The position numbers were made by a program, and so were the translations under genes. This document shows, piece after piece, positions 1 to 14,596 of a stretch of 64,000 nt of DNA. This DNA comes from Tubulanus polymorphus (Eukaryota; Animalia; Nemertea). The notes beneath the pieces are model-generated. The model did no database searches, had not been told where the DNA came from, and saw nothing but the letters and a program-made list of their open reading frames with translations. The DNA lies in contig NC_134026.1 in the NCBI RefSeq assembly GCF_964204645.1, positions 26,694,150 to 26,758,149 on the forward strand, read 5' to 3'. Position 1 is the first letter of the stretch. Each line of letters starts with the position of its first letter.

Positions 1-965
1 GTCACGTTCAGCGCCACGCGGCCAGAAAATGAGCCGGTACTTGTTTTTTGTTGTAAGGGTTGTTTTTGCCTGGACCGATGTACGGTTATGAGTAGAATCG
101 AATTGAATACGATCAATGCGAAGAAAGGTATGAAATATCCGATGGAATCTAAAGTATAAATCAACGGAAAATATTCTCTGTAGAACTGAGTCAGTTCGTT
201 ATAGACCATGATTCTATTCGTTTCGGGCACATAACAGGAAGAAGTCTTTATTACAAAGAACCGCGGTATGTTAATACTGGCTGATAAGATGACGATTACG
301 ACCATGGTTATATAGGCATTGCGAAGTTTAGCCCATTTAAGAACTTTATCCGAGTGACACACACGAATATACCGGTCGATTGTGATCGCTGTGATGACTA
401 ACATACACATCGTATTGACCATCATCCTTAGAGGCCAAATGTATGGTATCATGTACACAGAATCGCGGTAATAATTTTCCAGTAATCCCGTGTACGGATA
501 AATCGACGAAAAAGTGTGGTGTATTAACATCATCAGCAAAGATAGAATATCTGACAGGGCTAACGCTTTCAGGAAGAAATTGATGGTCGATTGGTTGTCT
601 TTGTTCAGCACGATAATTGAGATCGTATTGAAAATAATTCCGAGAAAACACATGATCCCGATCACGACGACGTAGACATAGAATCTGATATCAGCGAATA
701 GGAACGATACAGCAGTCGTTGTGACGTTAATTGACGGCGATAAAGTTGTAGTATTTTCAGTTATAGCTGGATCTGGTTTAGTCGTGACAGTCACGCGTTC
801 AGGTGGATGATAACTAGTCATAGTTGGTAACCTGCTATATTTGTATTCACGGGGAAAATGTGGCATCTCATGAAGGATCGGCACCTCCCACAGATGATAC
901 TGTTGATGAATAATTTCTACTAATTTTGATGTAGATTTGGCTATATCGATTACAGACAGGTTCAT
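1..965 (-). CDS. Class A (rhodopsin-like) peptide GPCR, FMRFamide-receptor-like; 3' end runs off the window start
   Basis: Open frame from ATG at 965 to base 1, missing from the ORF track because no stop lies in the window. Translation: MNLSVIDIAK... TM1 YVVVIGIMCFLGIIFNTISIIVL, TM2 FFLKALALSDILSL, TM3 ITAITIDRYIRVCH (DRY), TM4 ending NIPRFF, TM5 IPFFALIVFNSILL. Thr-rich N-terminus with N-glycosylation sequons. 5'UTR intron 987-1069 (GTAAGT...TAG). Confidence 0.9.
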   Translation of the reverse strand, partial: MNLSVIDIAKSTSKLVEIIHQQYHLWEVPILHEMPHFPREYKYSRLPTMTSYHPPERVTVTTKPDPAITENTTTLSPSINVTTTAVSFLFADIRFYVYVVVIGIMCFLGIIFNTISIIVLNKDNQSTINFFLKALALSDILSLLMMLIHHTFSSIYPYTGLLENYYRDSVYMIPYIWPLRMMVNTMCMLVITAITIDRYIRVCHSDKVLKWAKLRNAYITMVVIVILSASINIPRFFVIKTSSCYVPETNRIMVYNELTQFYREYFPLIYTLDSIGYFIPFFALIVFNSILLITVHRSRQKQPLQQKTSTGSFSGRVALNV

Positions 966-3900
966 TTTGCTTCCCCGTTTCGATGCCTACAAGTTAAAAG
1001 AAAATTAACCAGATTATAACTCATCTTTGTGAATCAAATGTATTGAAATGGCGATTTGAAAAAACTTACCTTGACTTGAGAATTAGCATTAGAAAACAGT
1101 TAAGTAGTAGCAGTAAGTAGCTCGAGAGTAGATTGCTTTGTAATCCGTGTAGATTCAGGTAAATTTTAGCACGAACACAACATCGGTTACTGACAGTTTG
1201 CCGCAGTTATAAACATAACATCAGAACATAAAAATGAATAGTAGTTTAGACTCTACCTGAATGAATTCTTCTGTTCGTATTTAGATTCTGATAACGTTAT
1301 CTTCAATCGCCGAACGCTATCGACTTACCGACCAGTCATAATCCTACAAGTAATTTCACACTCTGTTATGATGATGTTTAAACTTTCAATGTTGCGCGCA
1401 CGTAATGTAGCGGCATTGTTTAAAAGAAATGTCATCATCGGTCATCAATTGAACAATCCCGCCCGACGCTATATTCCTGTCTAACTTCACCGCAGTCGTG
1501 TTTATTCTCTGACAAATACAGTTCTATTTGTTCTGTTCTGTAATGTTTAGATTATGAATTTCTGTCATGCGTTCTCATTATGATTGGCTGCAGTAGGTTA
1601 TGATGGCGGTCAATACTGAATTGTATGATTTCAGTTTGCTCAATTTTATCATTCTATCACTGCAGATATATATACAGAAGACAATCAATTGTAACTGACA
1701 ATTGATGCTCCGTTGCTTAATATTTGATAGACATATTGCGATTATAACATCCATCCGTTCTGGTTTATAAGTCCTCTCTTGAGTATTCCTAAACATTTCA
1801 TCCATCTGTTGCCTGTCATTTCTATTTTTCATTAACCATCCATGTTAAGCTCATGAAGTGATATCATTACTAGAATGAATGCATATCCGTATTGTTCTGA
1901 ATGTATGAACAAGTATTTGAAAAATATCGTAAATTAGTTTGCCGACATCAATAAATAGATATTCGTCGTGCAATCGTTAGGTCAGACTAATATTATCGGG
2001 GTGTGGCTTGGCTCTATGAGGAGTGTTATACAGGCAGGAATAGAGTTGGTTGTATTTTAACAGCCTTCGCATTTTTGTGAGATACTATTAATCTGTTTAA
2101 AGCTGACGCTAAAATTTATCATTTCTAACTGTAAACAACCTCGTGTCACTGGTTTATCATGAGATAATTGAACTATTTGAAATATCAGGGTGATATATAT
2201 GTAGTTGAAATAGCGAATAACTGAATTTAGTTGGATCTGTATTTGTCAGTAGGCTGGTATTGTGATAAGTGCAGAGTTATATATTCCCAACATCGAATGA
2301 GTGAATATAAAGTCTTGATAGCCATGTGTTGCTATACTGTTATTAATCTAATTAGTGGACTGAAGTGATCTAGAAATGACTCCAGATGAATTACCATACT
2401 GATACTGCTCAGTATGAAAACAGAAATGATGTTATTTCACATGCGATGGAAACACTGAAAACCTGTAATTAGCAACAAGCGAATCTAGAAAAAATGTGCA
2501 TTAAACGTGTTTTTGTAAAGAGGTATTTGAGTAATATTTCATCGAAACATGGAATTTCTAGTGTTTTATGAGAGACGTATAGAAACTTACATTTATGGTG
2601 ATCCCCTCTTAGTGATACATGTGTGCAGGAAAATAAAGAGGTTTTTTATTGCGAAGTCTTTTGTTACCCAGCTGGTACTAGTAATAATGAAGCGTTACAG
2701 TCCCTATGCTGGTATAAAACTCATGTCAGATTGTAGCTGCTATGGGTTTTCAGTCATTTAATGATTGTTTATTGTTTGTCACTCATATTGTACTTTCCAA
2801 TGAGACACCAACAGAATTTGGCAATCAGAAAACTTGTGTCGACAAATTTAGTTGTTTACTGTAATTTCTGATTCCCAGTCACTGTTTATCATGGCATCCC
2901 CAGTCTCTTATTAATTGGATTGGTTTTTTGGCTCGAGGGAATTACTGCACATCTTTTTTTCAAAGAGTTGTCACGTAACAGCGGCAAGTGAATCAACTAC
3001 TTTTACCAGTACCTCGGCACTATCTTCTTGCTTCGCCGAGTGAGTGATACATGATTTCATCGTATAGTATCCGAAGCTATCATTACATTTTGATGAATGA
3101 GAAAATTAGAACTTGTATGGTAGAATGTTATCTATCATATTTCAGTTGGTCATGCAAGTTTCTCCTTTTCTTTTTATTTATTTACTCGTACACGTGTAAT
3201 GTGCTTTTCTTTGAACTAACTGGTACAAATAGAAAATGTCCCGACAGATCGAATTTAATCGGTTGATTAGATTTTGAAATTGCTTCACTACGTCGGGAGA
3301 GATTAATTACAAAGCGTTGAACACTTGAAATCAATTCGCGGAATTTGCATAAAACCCATAAACGGGAGTAATTCTTTCGTCTGTGGTTTGTAGAACATCG
3401 AGATAAATTGAATTAAACATAATCCGATGTATGCACCGCGCTAGTATTAGCGCCGCTATGGCTAATGTAGAGTGTCTCCTCACTAATAAGGTTAAAACCT
3501 GATGGGCATATCCAACTAGAGATTACACTGTAGAGCCCATAGACAGGATTCTCACCGGGGAAGCTTTAAAAGTACAGATTGTCAGTAGTGTTTTGTTCAT
3601 CGAAGCAAAGCAACTTTATTTTTTATTTTTTAAGACATCACAGAAATGAATCGTTTATATTTAGTCCAGAGTATCAATTCCATTATCATCATGAGAGGAC
3701 TGTCATCTTTCATTTATAAGTTGCCAATAGCTTCATATTCACAATTTATGAATTTGCAATTCTAATTGATATATTCTGATCATGTGTTCTGTTTAGTGTG
3801 TGAGAAGATGATTTGTATCAATATATACATCGTTTAGCTCAGCACATTTCTCAGTACGCTCCAATATCCCTAATGAGCTCTCAATCATAAGACTTCATAA

Positions 3901-6900
3901 ATATAATCATTCATAGCATCATTGCAAATTGATTCTGTATTAATTAGTTCGTGCCTTTAATGATGAAGTTTCAGTTTATATTTCTCATTGAATTGGGAGA
4001 AATAGTGTTTAATGATTTATAAAGTCGATATTGACTTGATTTAGGGACGGATCGCAACGAGGAGATCATTAACTTTACCGATATCTAATTTCCTGGAAAC
4101 ATCGATGTTTTTCAAAATTCATGATACTTTGGATCAGCCATCTATAAATCGAATATATAGACCAAAAATATGAGAGATTTGAATGTTTCGCTGGACATTA
4201 TGGTCAGAGTGAGTGAGCACGCATTCATTATGGTTTTATATTCATTTTATTACCCATTTATAGTCAATACACCACTAATGAAACATGTTCTTGCGGGGTA
4301 TCATTCAATTGTATTTGACATCATTCTGACTAAATTTCATGCTAAATTGCGTGAGCGTTCCAAAATACGAAGACCATAATGAACACATGAAAAAATGTGT
4401 ACATCGCTTGCATACTAGTTCTATGAGTGACACCGGATATTTTGTGACACTAGTTAGTCATCAATCTTAAACAAAAACCCAGTGACTCTAATCCCCTTAA
4501 CCAAGCAAGGAAGTGTTACTATACAGCTTCTTTTACTAATCATGCTTTAAGGCTTCGTTTGAGTTTCTTATCTTAATCTCATATTTATGAAAGGGATAAA
4601 AAGGCAATGATAACTGATGCATTTTTCATAAGCCGGAATAATGTTGCCTAGTGATGATGTGAGAAAATAAAAATATAGTAGGAAAGGCGTTACCTGCAGA
4701 AACCTTATACACTCATTATATATATGAGACACATACATTTATATATATCTAGTATGCTTTCTACATGATTGTATTGCTTTACAATTAATTAATTGTTGTA
4801 ATGATGATACCTCATTACTGTTTGCATCTCTATACCTCTATATCACCTTATGAACATGATACGCTAAAAAGTATTGCGTAATTTGATTAACTCTTGCAAG
4901 GTTAAACTTCGTGACCAATTTCAACCTGAATATTCACCTCAGTTAGTTACTTTGTAATGACTTACCCGTATGTGAAGTGAAACGAATATTCCGTGCACTT
5001 ATTTGAGATCATTGCCGATGCTGCGTATGAACACGACTGCTGATGGTGGCACTTTATGACTGAGACATTGTGCAGTCGTAGCTTTAACGAGTTTACCTTG
5101 TCTTTCTATTGGTTCTCAGAAGTTCACCATGTGAAGCTTACGATTCAAAGAACCCGAATCCTGTTTGCTGAGTTCAGTTATCTCGTGGATTGAGATATGT
5201 TTAGTATTGATGATGCACCTGTGTATCTCACCTATCTGTTACCAATGCGTAACAACAACATGCGATGCGTATAAATCTGAATTAACTTAATCTAGAATTG
5301 TAGTAGCTACAGTTGGTGGTAATCATTACCACTACAGTTTACTGCCACTATTTTCAGGTGATAGAGTACTTCCAATAAATGTGGTAACGAAAATCCATAT
5401 CACCATACAAAACTTCCACCCTCAATATCTGCATTGATGCTTTCAAAACAAAGGCATTTTCTAAACTAAGATTATACTTTTAAAGTATTGGGTAATGTCG
5501 GGTTCTGTGCGATATGTTTACGCCTCTTAAAAAAGATTCTATGTTGACAAGTAGTCACTGAATCAATATTGAAGTTAGAGACTTGACATGAAGTACAGCA
5601 TCGGTCTTCGGAGAACGGTTCTTCTTCTCGATGTCATTTCTGTGGAATGGTAAGTCTTAGAATTGAAAGACTTTTACTTCTTAGAAATATTTTGAGTTTT
5701 CGTATTACGGAATCGATGTCAAGACGTAACTTAAAGATTAGCAAAAATTTGTATACTTAATCGAATAAATTGTCAACACATGTTGCAAGAGAAATAAATT
5801 TCTATTTTATTATAAGTTTGATAGTGGTCGGGTACATATATTTTTCGCCCCAGCTGATATTGAATCAAGCTGTTGCATTTTGATGATTTTAATCTGGACT
5901 AGAGGAAAATGTTTATTGCTAAACGTGAAGTGAATACTGAAGATTCCACTTAGTTCATTGAGATCACAGCAATAATCAATTTTGCTCAAACCTAAACTGT
6001 TTGAATTGTTTTCTGGCTGAGAACAAGTTGCCGGTAACATAAGAAGACTTCTTGTTGTTGAATGAATAAAAGATGACGAATCTCCATGGAGAACTGTGTA
6101 CCCCTCAAAGATTGTTGATTCTTGTTGTATTCAGTCACTACCTATGCTTCACTATTCAGCATGCATGTCATTCTTGAAGTTTTTTGTTAAAACAGGATGA
6201 GCTATTTTCGATGGCAATATGGAAATTCCTTTCTTGTTTTCATCTGTTCTTCTAAGAACGTCTGCTATAAGATGCCGTTACGTACTGATTTAGAAGCAGC
6301 TATTGTTCTCGTTTCAATCATTGTTCTGTCATTTTTCATATATTCGCTGATGAGTCTGCAGAAAACTGCTGCCGATAATGACGAGCCGCCATCAAGTTGA
6401 AAACATCCGCTTTCTCATCTCGTATGTCTTTTTTCCACTAATTTACTTAGTGTTCATATATACTTCATCCATTATCGCAGTTTCCTGTGAGATCATGATT
6501 AGTAATTATTGTCACACTAACTATTCTATGTCTCATCTCTTCCTGCTGCTACCCTTGATTGGATGTAGCTTACAGTCCCGCCAAACATTGATTAGATTGT
6601 TTTAAACGACAGAATTCATGCATGAATCTATTCTGTCGTAGTAATTTTAAGTTGGCATGTTAATGGCATCCGTCCATGAATTTACGCGCCCTCTTTAAAG
6701 AATTCATCTTTCGGTTGATATCGGTTGGAGTTCTGCACTCCGATAAACTACAAATTATCGTCGGAGATAGTAATGAATTCTCAATTCCTCTCGGGGTCGA
6801 TGTGAAAAGTTACTTCAAATCATTTTTTTCTATCACTCCTCTGAGTGAAGCGGAGTTGTTGCGCAGTCATGTAAACCATTGAAAGAACTCGGGTAAACAA

Positions 6901-8659
6901 CTATTCGCGGAAGAGGTAATACATATTGCCTTATCGCGATCACTTTCTCGCTGATCCAGGAATTTGCCGAATATCAATCAATAATCAATTTCCTAGAGAT
7001 TCAGATCAATTTCGTGGAGATCAAAAAATGATAGCTCGTCGTGTAATGTCATATGGATTCTTTTACACGGCGATTCCCACCTCAAATGAGCAATATCCGA
7101 AATACCTAGCCATTTTGTCAGTTGCCGAGCCAGGAGGTATTTGTAAGCAAATATTGAATCGTGGATGAAAAAGATCAACCTATAAGCTTAAGTTTGGTCA
7201 TAAAGCTTAAGTAACGGTGTGAAGTTCGTCTCTGGTGATGCATTTCTACATCCAGGGTCTTCACTGTTCATCGACTCAATACAAATAATGAGCTAAATTA
7301 AAATACACACTGTACGGACCATTAAAATAGGTCCCCAGTTACCAGTAAGCCATACATCTAGGATCGTCTGAACAGTTGCGATCTAAGAAGGTGCCGGTTT
7401 GTCTTAGTTTCGGGACTCAAAGATGTCAGCCATTGATTGATCATTTGTTATTATAAACCCTATCAGAAAAAAATAGCATTTTCAGATTAAGTAGATTCAA
7501 ACGGATTGCCACAAGTCGAAGCAATTCATCATCGTAAGTGCACCAGTGACGTTAGATTTCAAAATTCTGATGTTTCACATAAGACACCTCACGAATAGAA
7601 TTCAACCATAATGAGTGCATGATTTCATTTATTTTTTAAGAGACCGGCTGCCTGTCTACCGAGTGCATTGAAATTGAATTCACATGAATTGATGTGAATT
7701 TAGTGTTTGTGTTTTTTTTCATATTCCCTGCCGATTCGGGCTTATTTATGCCATTTTCCCCATGAATACTGCATGGAGCTTATGATATGACTAAGAGTAA
7801 TCAACAGAAACCTTCAAAAGATGCACATATTAATGTTTCATGGGTTGATACTGCCAGTCATAGGAATACATAATCAGTGTGATACACCGTACCGCATGGC
7901 TTGACAATCAGCCTATTTTTCATGCATATATCGGTGAATTGTCAACAGTAACGTATAAATGCCTTATTTTTTTTTTACATGTGCCATTAGTGCGTTACTG
8001 TAATATACTTCGGTATGTTGTTCAAGTCAGAGCTCGGTCCTCAAAGGTAATACTTGTTAAAACAACGTGACCATCCAAGCGCAGGTAGGAAAGCATTGCC
8101 AGCCTTATTTTTGAAAGTTTCCAGTGTTAATAAATGGAGTGATAATTCATATTAAATGAATTAACTTTAATAATTGAATCCGTATGATGGATTTGTCAAT
8201 GAAATCATCTCATTAGTAACAAACAGTTATCTGTGTTCCTCTGTTTGAAGCCCTTGTAAATTTTATCCGTATAAAACATTTACAGATCATTTGCAAACAT
8301 TGATTTTATTAATCTTCTGTTTATTGTCGAGTGTTTAATTAAAATGTTTATAAATCACAACTAGTTGCTTTCAAGGTTAGGGTGAAATAGGAATGTTTTT
8401 TGAATATTTGATAACCAGGCATAAGGTCAGTGAGTACAGGAGGTGATCAGGTATTCTTACTTTATATTGGTATCCATTTTATGGACACTAAATGGACCAG
8501 TTTACTACTGATAATCTCAACGAATTGCTCCTATGAAACAAACCAGAATCAGTGGGGTCTCTCATGACCAAGTCTTTAGGTTCTGATCGTGAAAGTCACC
8601 AATGGTCTTTTGCTCCAAATGGATAAGTATTTTGATGTTTCGTCACGTTTCTAATGCCA

Positions 8660-8725
8660 GGGGCCAGTTTCCCAGGAAACCGTGTATTTCCAGATGACTC
8701 TGGTCGTTATTGTGAAACTAGTCCC
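8660..8725. mobile_element. Degenerate short inverted-repeat element (MITE-like), related to the one at 26436
   Basis: GGGGCCAGTTTC ... GAAACTAGTCCC terminal inverted repeat (10/12 match); no clear TSD. Confidence 0.4.
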
Positions 8726-11700
8726 TTACTGAGTATCTCACTGGCCTCCAGCATGTGTTGTAGGCTGATTAATTTGAATACCACGTCATAATGATCTCAG
8801 TTTTCATTTATGAAAATATTTTGATTATTCATACTGGTATAAACCCGTATAAGTCACTCTATCTTTCCTAGAATACCCAAGCCCTATACCACTCCTTGTT
8901 TTAAAGGACCAGTGAAGAAAAGTGACTTAGATATTCCAATATCATTTGCTGACCACTATTTACATGCACTTTATTTGTATCTCTACCCCAGTAAGCGCTT
9001 TCCAGATTAGTTGCACCGATTAATGGATCTGCATCTGTTGGGGGATAGCCTATCTTTTCCTCTGTTCTATCTAATGACAGTGTGGCCCGTGTAATTTCTC
9101 CAAGTTTAGCCGATGTTTACATGATTGCCTGGCTAATACTATGTCTTATCTAAGACTAGAAAACCCTGACAAGCATTCGCAATAACACACGATTGAAATG
9201 GCGACGCATTTGGTTCTAGTTGATTAGATTCAGGTGAAGACCAATGTTTAGGTGCCTGGTATGAGGTAACAGGTCCAAATCATTAGGTTCAGGGGATCGC
9301 ATATGATTTATAAAATATCTATGAGGCGCCAGCTTTGCGATCATGTTTTTTAGCCGATGATTGTAGATTTTGTATTATGTATGTTATTACCCCATTTCAT
9401 CATACTCAGACCTGATGAGCTGGATTGCGCTTGTCTTGTCATTTGTCAGGCACAAAATGGCCATTGTTTCTGTTTAAACTTCTCAGCATCGATCAATTAT
9501 ATTTCCATTTACGTGGTTCCTGTAGATGTACCATGTGAGATTAATGGTACTATAATGGCTTCACAATTCAATTAGCCAGACCTCACTTAATTCCTGATAT
9601 TGTTTTCACTCATTTATGCTATTAACTCGATTTTTGTGTCATTTCTAAAACTGATTCAGTGGAAAGAAATTATACATAATATATAAAAGATCGTCAATTC
9701 ACTGGCATTATGACCATTTTAGCTGTAGAGAAAATGACTGATATTACACACTTCAGTTGACTGTGAATAGATATGATACATCTTAAGCTAGTTATAATCC
9801 AAGTGGGAAGATGTGTAGGATATGGTTGAAATATTGTAAACCTTTCTGAAATTGGATACAATTTGCAGATTTGAAATGTGATATAACAACATGAGCAGCT
9901 TTTACATGATTGTATGCATTGATTAATTGAACTCTCACGAATCAACTATGATACTTTGATGGATTTTATTGATGAACACAAAACCAATCAATTTTCGTGC
10001 ACTATATCAACAAAAATGATGAAAAAGTATTAACGGTTATCAGATTTAGACATTCTAAGCTATAAAAAGGATTGGAAGCAATTATTAGAATCAACCTTGT
10101 ATACAGTTTTTGAATGATGAATGTTGATCTAAACTTTTCTAATTTCTAACTCTATTTTTTCCCTAGTTTTCAAACGAGAATGTCATTGAGATTCAATTTG
10201 CCTTTTAAGTGCATTCTAAACAGTAGGAGACAATAAGTCGCAAAAAACAATCAGCCAAGTGTACATGGGGGAAGTACATCACATTTATTGGTCTTGTGCA
10301 ACTGATGTTGGCTGACAACTCATGGTCGTTGTCACATTAAGAGTGTATGTAATCACTTGTTTTATAGATTCCATGGTGCAACTATATAGTATTATCCCAA
10401 ACAAACGGTTGTTCTCATGGATTGACCAAAAGGGGATCACTATTTCATAGATAAAGAGTAAACTCTAAGTAGAGGAGTTAACACTCGAAAGATTGGTACA
10501 ATTATTGGGAGTTTCAGCTAAAATTTTCCAGTTGCATGTGATAATTTGTGCGGTTATATGATAATCGTGTAAAGAATTAATAGAAATAAATCACTATGCT
10601 GATATTCTCATAAATGGGGTTTGCTAGACTAAGGGTGTTGTGTTGATGATTAGCAAAGTTATTTTATTTTCATACTCATGTTACTTGGAGCTCATCATTA
10701 GACAGAGAGAGATAAAGTTCATTTTGGATACTTTCCACGAAGCAAGGTTCTTGTTCATCTGCGTGGGATAAATTCATTTTGTTTGAAGTTATTAAATGAT
10801 ATCCTTCTGGTGGCAACTGAATCATGCATCACATCGTCAATCTTAATATCGCTAAGAGGTTTTCCTTAGTTTTAGCGATAAGGCTGAGATTGTTTGTCAG
10901 GTAGAGATGGCAGAGGTTAAATGAATGCTCTCATAGGGAAATATCCTCTTATCTTACAGTCAAGTGTCTTCTGACATCAATTCTGAGCATCCTCACAAGA
11001 CTTTTTTCTGTTTAGAAATATGGTTTTCTCTTATACTGACAGCATTTCTAGCCCCTCGTATATTCTGATATCTCCTTTTTTCCGTTGAATAGTTGAAATC
11101 AAACAGTAGCGAAATATTTTCCAGCGAGCATTCCGCTGGGGTTTGTCTGTATCTATTCTATAAATCATTTGTTCAGTGAAAATGATCGAGTTCACTCCAA
11201 TTCTCTAATGCAGTATGTAAAAATGTCAGTAAAATGAAGTACACACGGCTGATTATCTAAATGATTGAAAACCGAATGTAAATGTTTTTATGGAACCAGG
11301 AAAACAGAATATTTTTCATCATCTTCTGTGTTCATTCATCAATATCTCCACAATGGTTTGGCTTTGCTTAGTTTTATCAACTTGCTTCCATCAATTCCTT
11401 TGGTAATCTAGTAACTTGTTATTGTAAACTTCCATTTCAATTCAATCGTTCCATCTAGTGGTTTGACACACGAGTGGTTTGACTTCCTATTGCTTCGTCC
11501 TTGTGGACTGCAGTAAATTGATTAATGTATTGACTTACTACTGGACACTCCATGCTAAGTGAATGTCAAACATTAATGAAAGAGCCCAATTAAGTACCAC
11601 ATGCTTCTTCCCTCATATTTTCGAATATCTTATGGTCGAGACAATGGACCTCTATAATGCTTCTGTTAAGCATCAGTGTGCTGAGATAAATTGTTGTCCA

Positions 11701-13939
11701 GAAGAAACGTATTGCCACTGAAATCTTCAGATAAATGTGTCAACCACAGATAAGTCCGAAAGACATCCCTGGAGAATCTAACCAATGCAAATGAAAATTT
11801 CCGCTTTAAGGCTTCATACAGAATCTTTTTTTGTCGGTGAAATGCTCAGTATCATCCACAGATTCCTTGTCATCTTCATTAAATTCCTTCGGTTCTTCAT
11901 TGAGAATTTTCTATAAAGACAAAGTCGTTGCTTATCATCATGCATAATGTATGAGTTAATGAAGCAGACACTAGTGCTGTACATTAGACCTCTAAATGTG
12001 AGAGATATGCGTTGAAAATTCAGTGGTGCAGAAAATGCAATAGCCTTCCCAGATAAGTGTGGACGGATCATATTGAGATATCACGAATCACTTGAGAAAA
12101 TGTTCCTTACAACGTATGACATAAATCATGAATTATGTCGACAGTGATGTTGATCTAAACAAACCCCAACAAGTTCACCAGGGAAACCAGAATGATCTCT
12201 ATCTCGAGAGGCAATTTTTCATCCGATTAAAAATGCCTCAAGTATTATTTAGGATTTCCATATCATACATTGAGTACACTGAATGCAGTTGGTAATGAAG
12301 TAGCATAACTATATGATCTATCATAAGATTATGAGGGAAACCAATATTGTTTATTTCAGTTTTGTCCATTTAGCTGGTATTGAATGCTATTTGGACATGG
12401 TATGTACCGGTACTGTTCACTGATTGATCCTCTATCTACTCAGATCTATGGCTCTCGCTTTTCAGGACTGCTAATTGAATAAGATCATTTACTGCTGGCC
12501 CCTAGTGATATATTTTTCCTTTCATAGATTTCTGCAACATACTTGAATGCTCTCTCTCTCTCTCTGCAGAGTATTGTCAATCTTGTAATGACAGATGAGG
12601 GTATGTTCTGAGTGGGAATATGGAAATTTCTAATCCAGTCTTCACCAAATAGTTTACATGTATGGCTTATTGGAACATTCGACAGTCTCAGCAAATCGTC
12701 ATTGTTTTCAACTACCGGTATCATTTGCATTTAGTCGTTCGATATATGGTCAATATACAATCCCAGAATTCATATGGTTGGTTTTCATTATTTGACATGT
12801 TGATGAATTGTCCACTATTCCAGTGCGTATTGTGATGTATTAGATTCATTTGATTCGATTATTGAGAGATAAGACCAGCAGATTACTCTATCCCAGTGTG
12901 TGATTTATGGTCCATTTCAGGATAGAATTAGTTCCAATGCTTTGATGATTGGTGTAAATCTTCTAATGGCGATGTGTGTAGTCGGTGGTTTATAAATTTC
13001 TGAAGGACACCGTTCCTATGTCAATACTGAGTAATGCATTCATGATTATCCAGTCAGTGTAATTTGTGTAAAGGATTATAGATTTCTAATGTTTAAAACC
13101 AGGGATATATGATGTTTCGGTTTCACATGTGATTCTTGTATGTTCACTTGTTGCACCACAGTCCTAGTTAGGGGCATTTAGTGTGCCAGATTATCCCTAT
13201 TTGGGTAATTTTCTGATCTGGTGACAAAGTTTCAAAGGTGATTTCCTCCTGGTAACAAAAGTTGCTTCATAGTTGTTATGGCAACAGTCTGGTCGTAATT
13301 CTCTTCCCCTTCAGCAGACGTTGTTAGTCGAATTCATTTGAAAGCGATAAGATAAAATCTGAGAAATCCTGTGGTGGTTCATGTTCTATGTTTTAACATA
13401 TCTCGACTAGGTACACAATATTGGCAATTTTCATGAAAAAATCCAATTATTCTAAGAAAGCCTTCGATCTTTTCACTGTCTTTTTCATTTTCATCGAATG
13501 ATGAAGTAAAATGATATCTTACCTGCACAGAACCATGATCACATTCCTTCCTAGTCATGATTTATCAGTTGGAGCATTAATAAGCTATTGCACATTAGAA
13601 GCAGGGTTACTGATAACTATTATCAAACTAATAACCCCTGTGTATCTGATACATCTGTGCCATGATGTCTGGGGAATACAGCTAATACCATTGACTATGA
13701 GGCCACGATGCTACTGACGAAATATATCTTAGTTTTACATTTATAAGGAATGATGAATGTACAGTGCAATTGCCTTTTTCTACTGAGATGACCTTTCAAG
13801 GCTTTCGAACATTTCTGAGCGATATTGTTTTAGTTTGAGAAAAAGAAGATTTTAAGTTCCAATTTCCTGCATTTGATTTCAGGAACTTAACTGTTTACTG
13901 TCATTTCATATTCAAACTTCTTTTTATTTATCATTTCAG

Positions 13940-14596
13940 TTATACGAAGATTGTTGTTAAAGGAATGACTAGAGCTGAAATGATACTCAAGGTGAGATAA
14001 AATTGATGGTTTTGATTCGTCAAGATCGATATAATTAGCATATTGCATGTACTATTCATGAATTTCAATAAATACCGGCAGTTATGTGTTTCCCTATCGA
14101 TTTTTAGGTGGTTATGTCGCCAAGTGACCCACCCCAAAGCTTTGTTGATAATTTCTTGAAGTTATTAGCAGACAGAGATATATCAGACTTTCAGAAGGTT
14201 CTCGATATGAAGGTAAATATTATTTCATAATGAATGAATTGATAATTTATAGCTGGTGGCAATAAACACATAAACTTCCAATAACAATATTAGCATGAGC
14301 GGGTTAGCTTACAAATGGTTGATAAATGGTTGATTCAGGATTGGGTTGAGGACTAAGATGACATATGAAATCGATTAATTCTTTTAATCGTAGCTTTCTT
14401 TTGTTTCTAGGGACTGAAAAGAAGTGAACAAAATATGATGATTGAAATTTTCCGAACTCGAATACCTCAGATGCCGCCTAGTGGTAACAATGAGAATACT
14501 AATCATCAACTGCAACTAAAATCCAATGAAACATCTGTAGAACAAGAATCAAGTCGCATAAAAAAACTGGAGAAACTCATCAAAAAACGTTTATGA
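13940..14596 (+). CDS. VPS53: Vacuolar protein sorting 53 (GARP/EARP subunit), last three coding exons
   Basis: Exons 13940-13991, 14108-14212 and 14411-14596 give [17 protein letters not shown] / [35 protein letters not shown] / GLKRSEQ...[18 protein letters not shown], the characteristic VPS53 C-terminus. All junctions are GT-AG. No upstream exon was found in the window. Confidence 0.95.

Noticed and set aside
346-651. 101-aa ORF on the minus strand in the ORF track
   Set aside because: Shadow frame of the GPCR, which is read in a different frame from 965.
5004-5014. TGAGATCATTG resembling the 5' end of bantam miRNA
   Set aside because: The match stops after 11 nt and no convincing hairpin surrounds it.
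4890-10906. AG|GT motifs as recursive splice sites in the long VPS53 intron (e.g. ~5357, ~8375, ~10900)
   Set aside because: None combines a strong pyrimidine tract with a consensus donor; compatible with chance.
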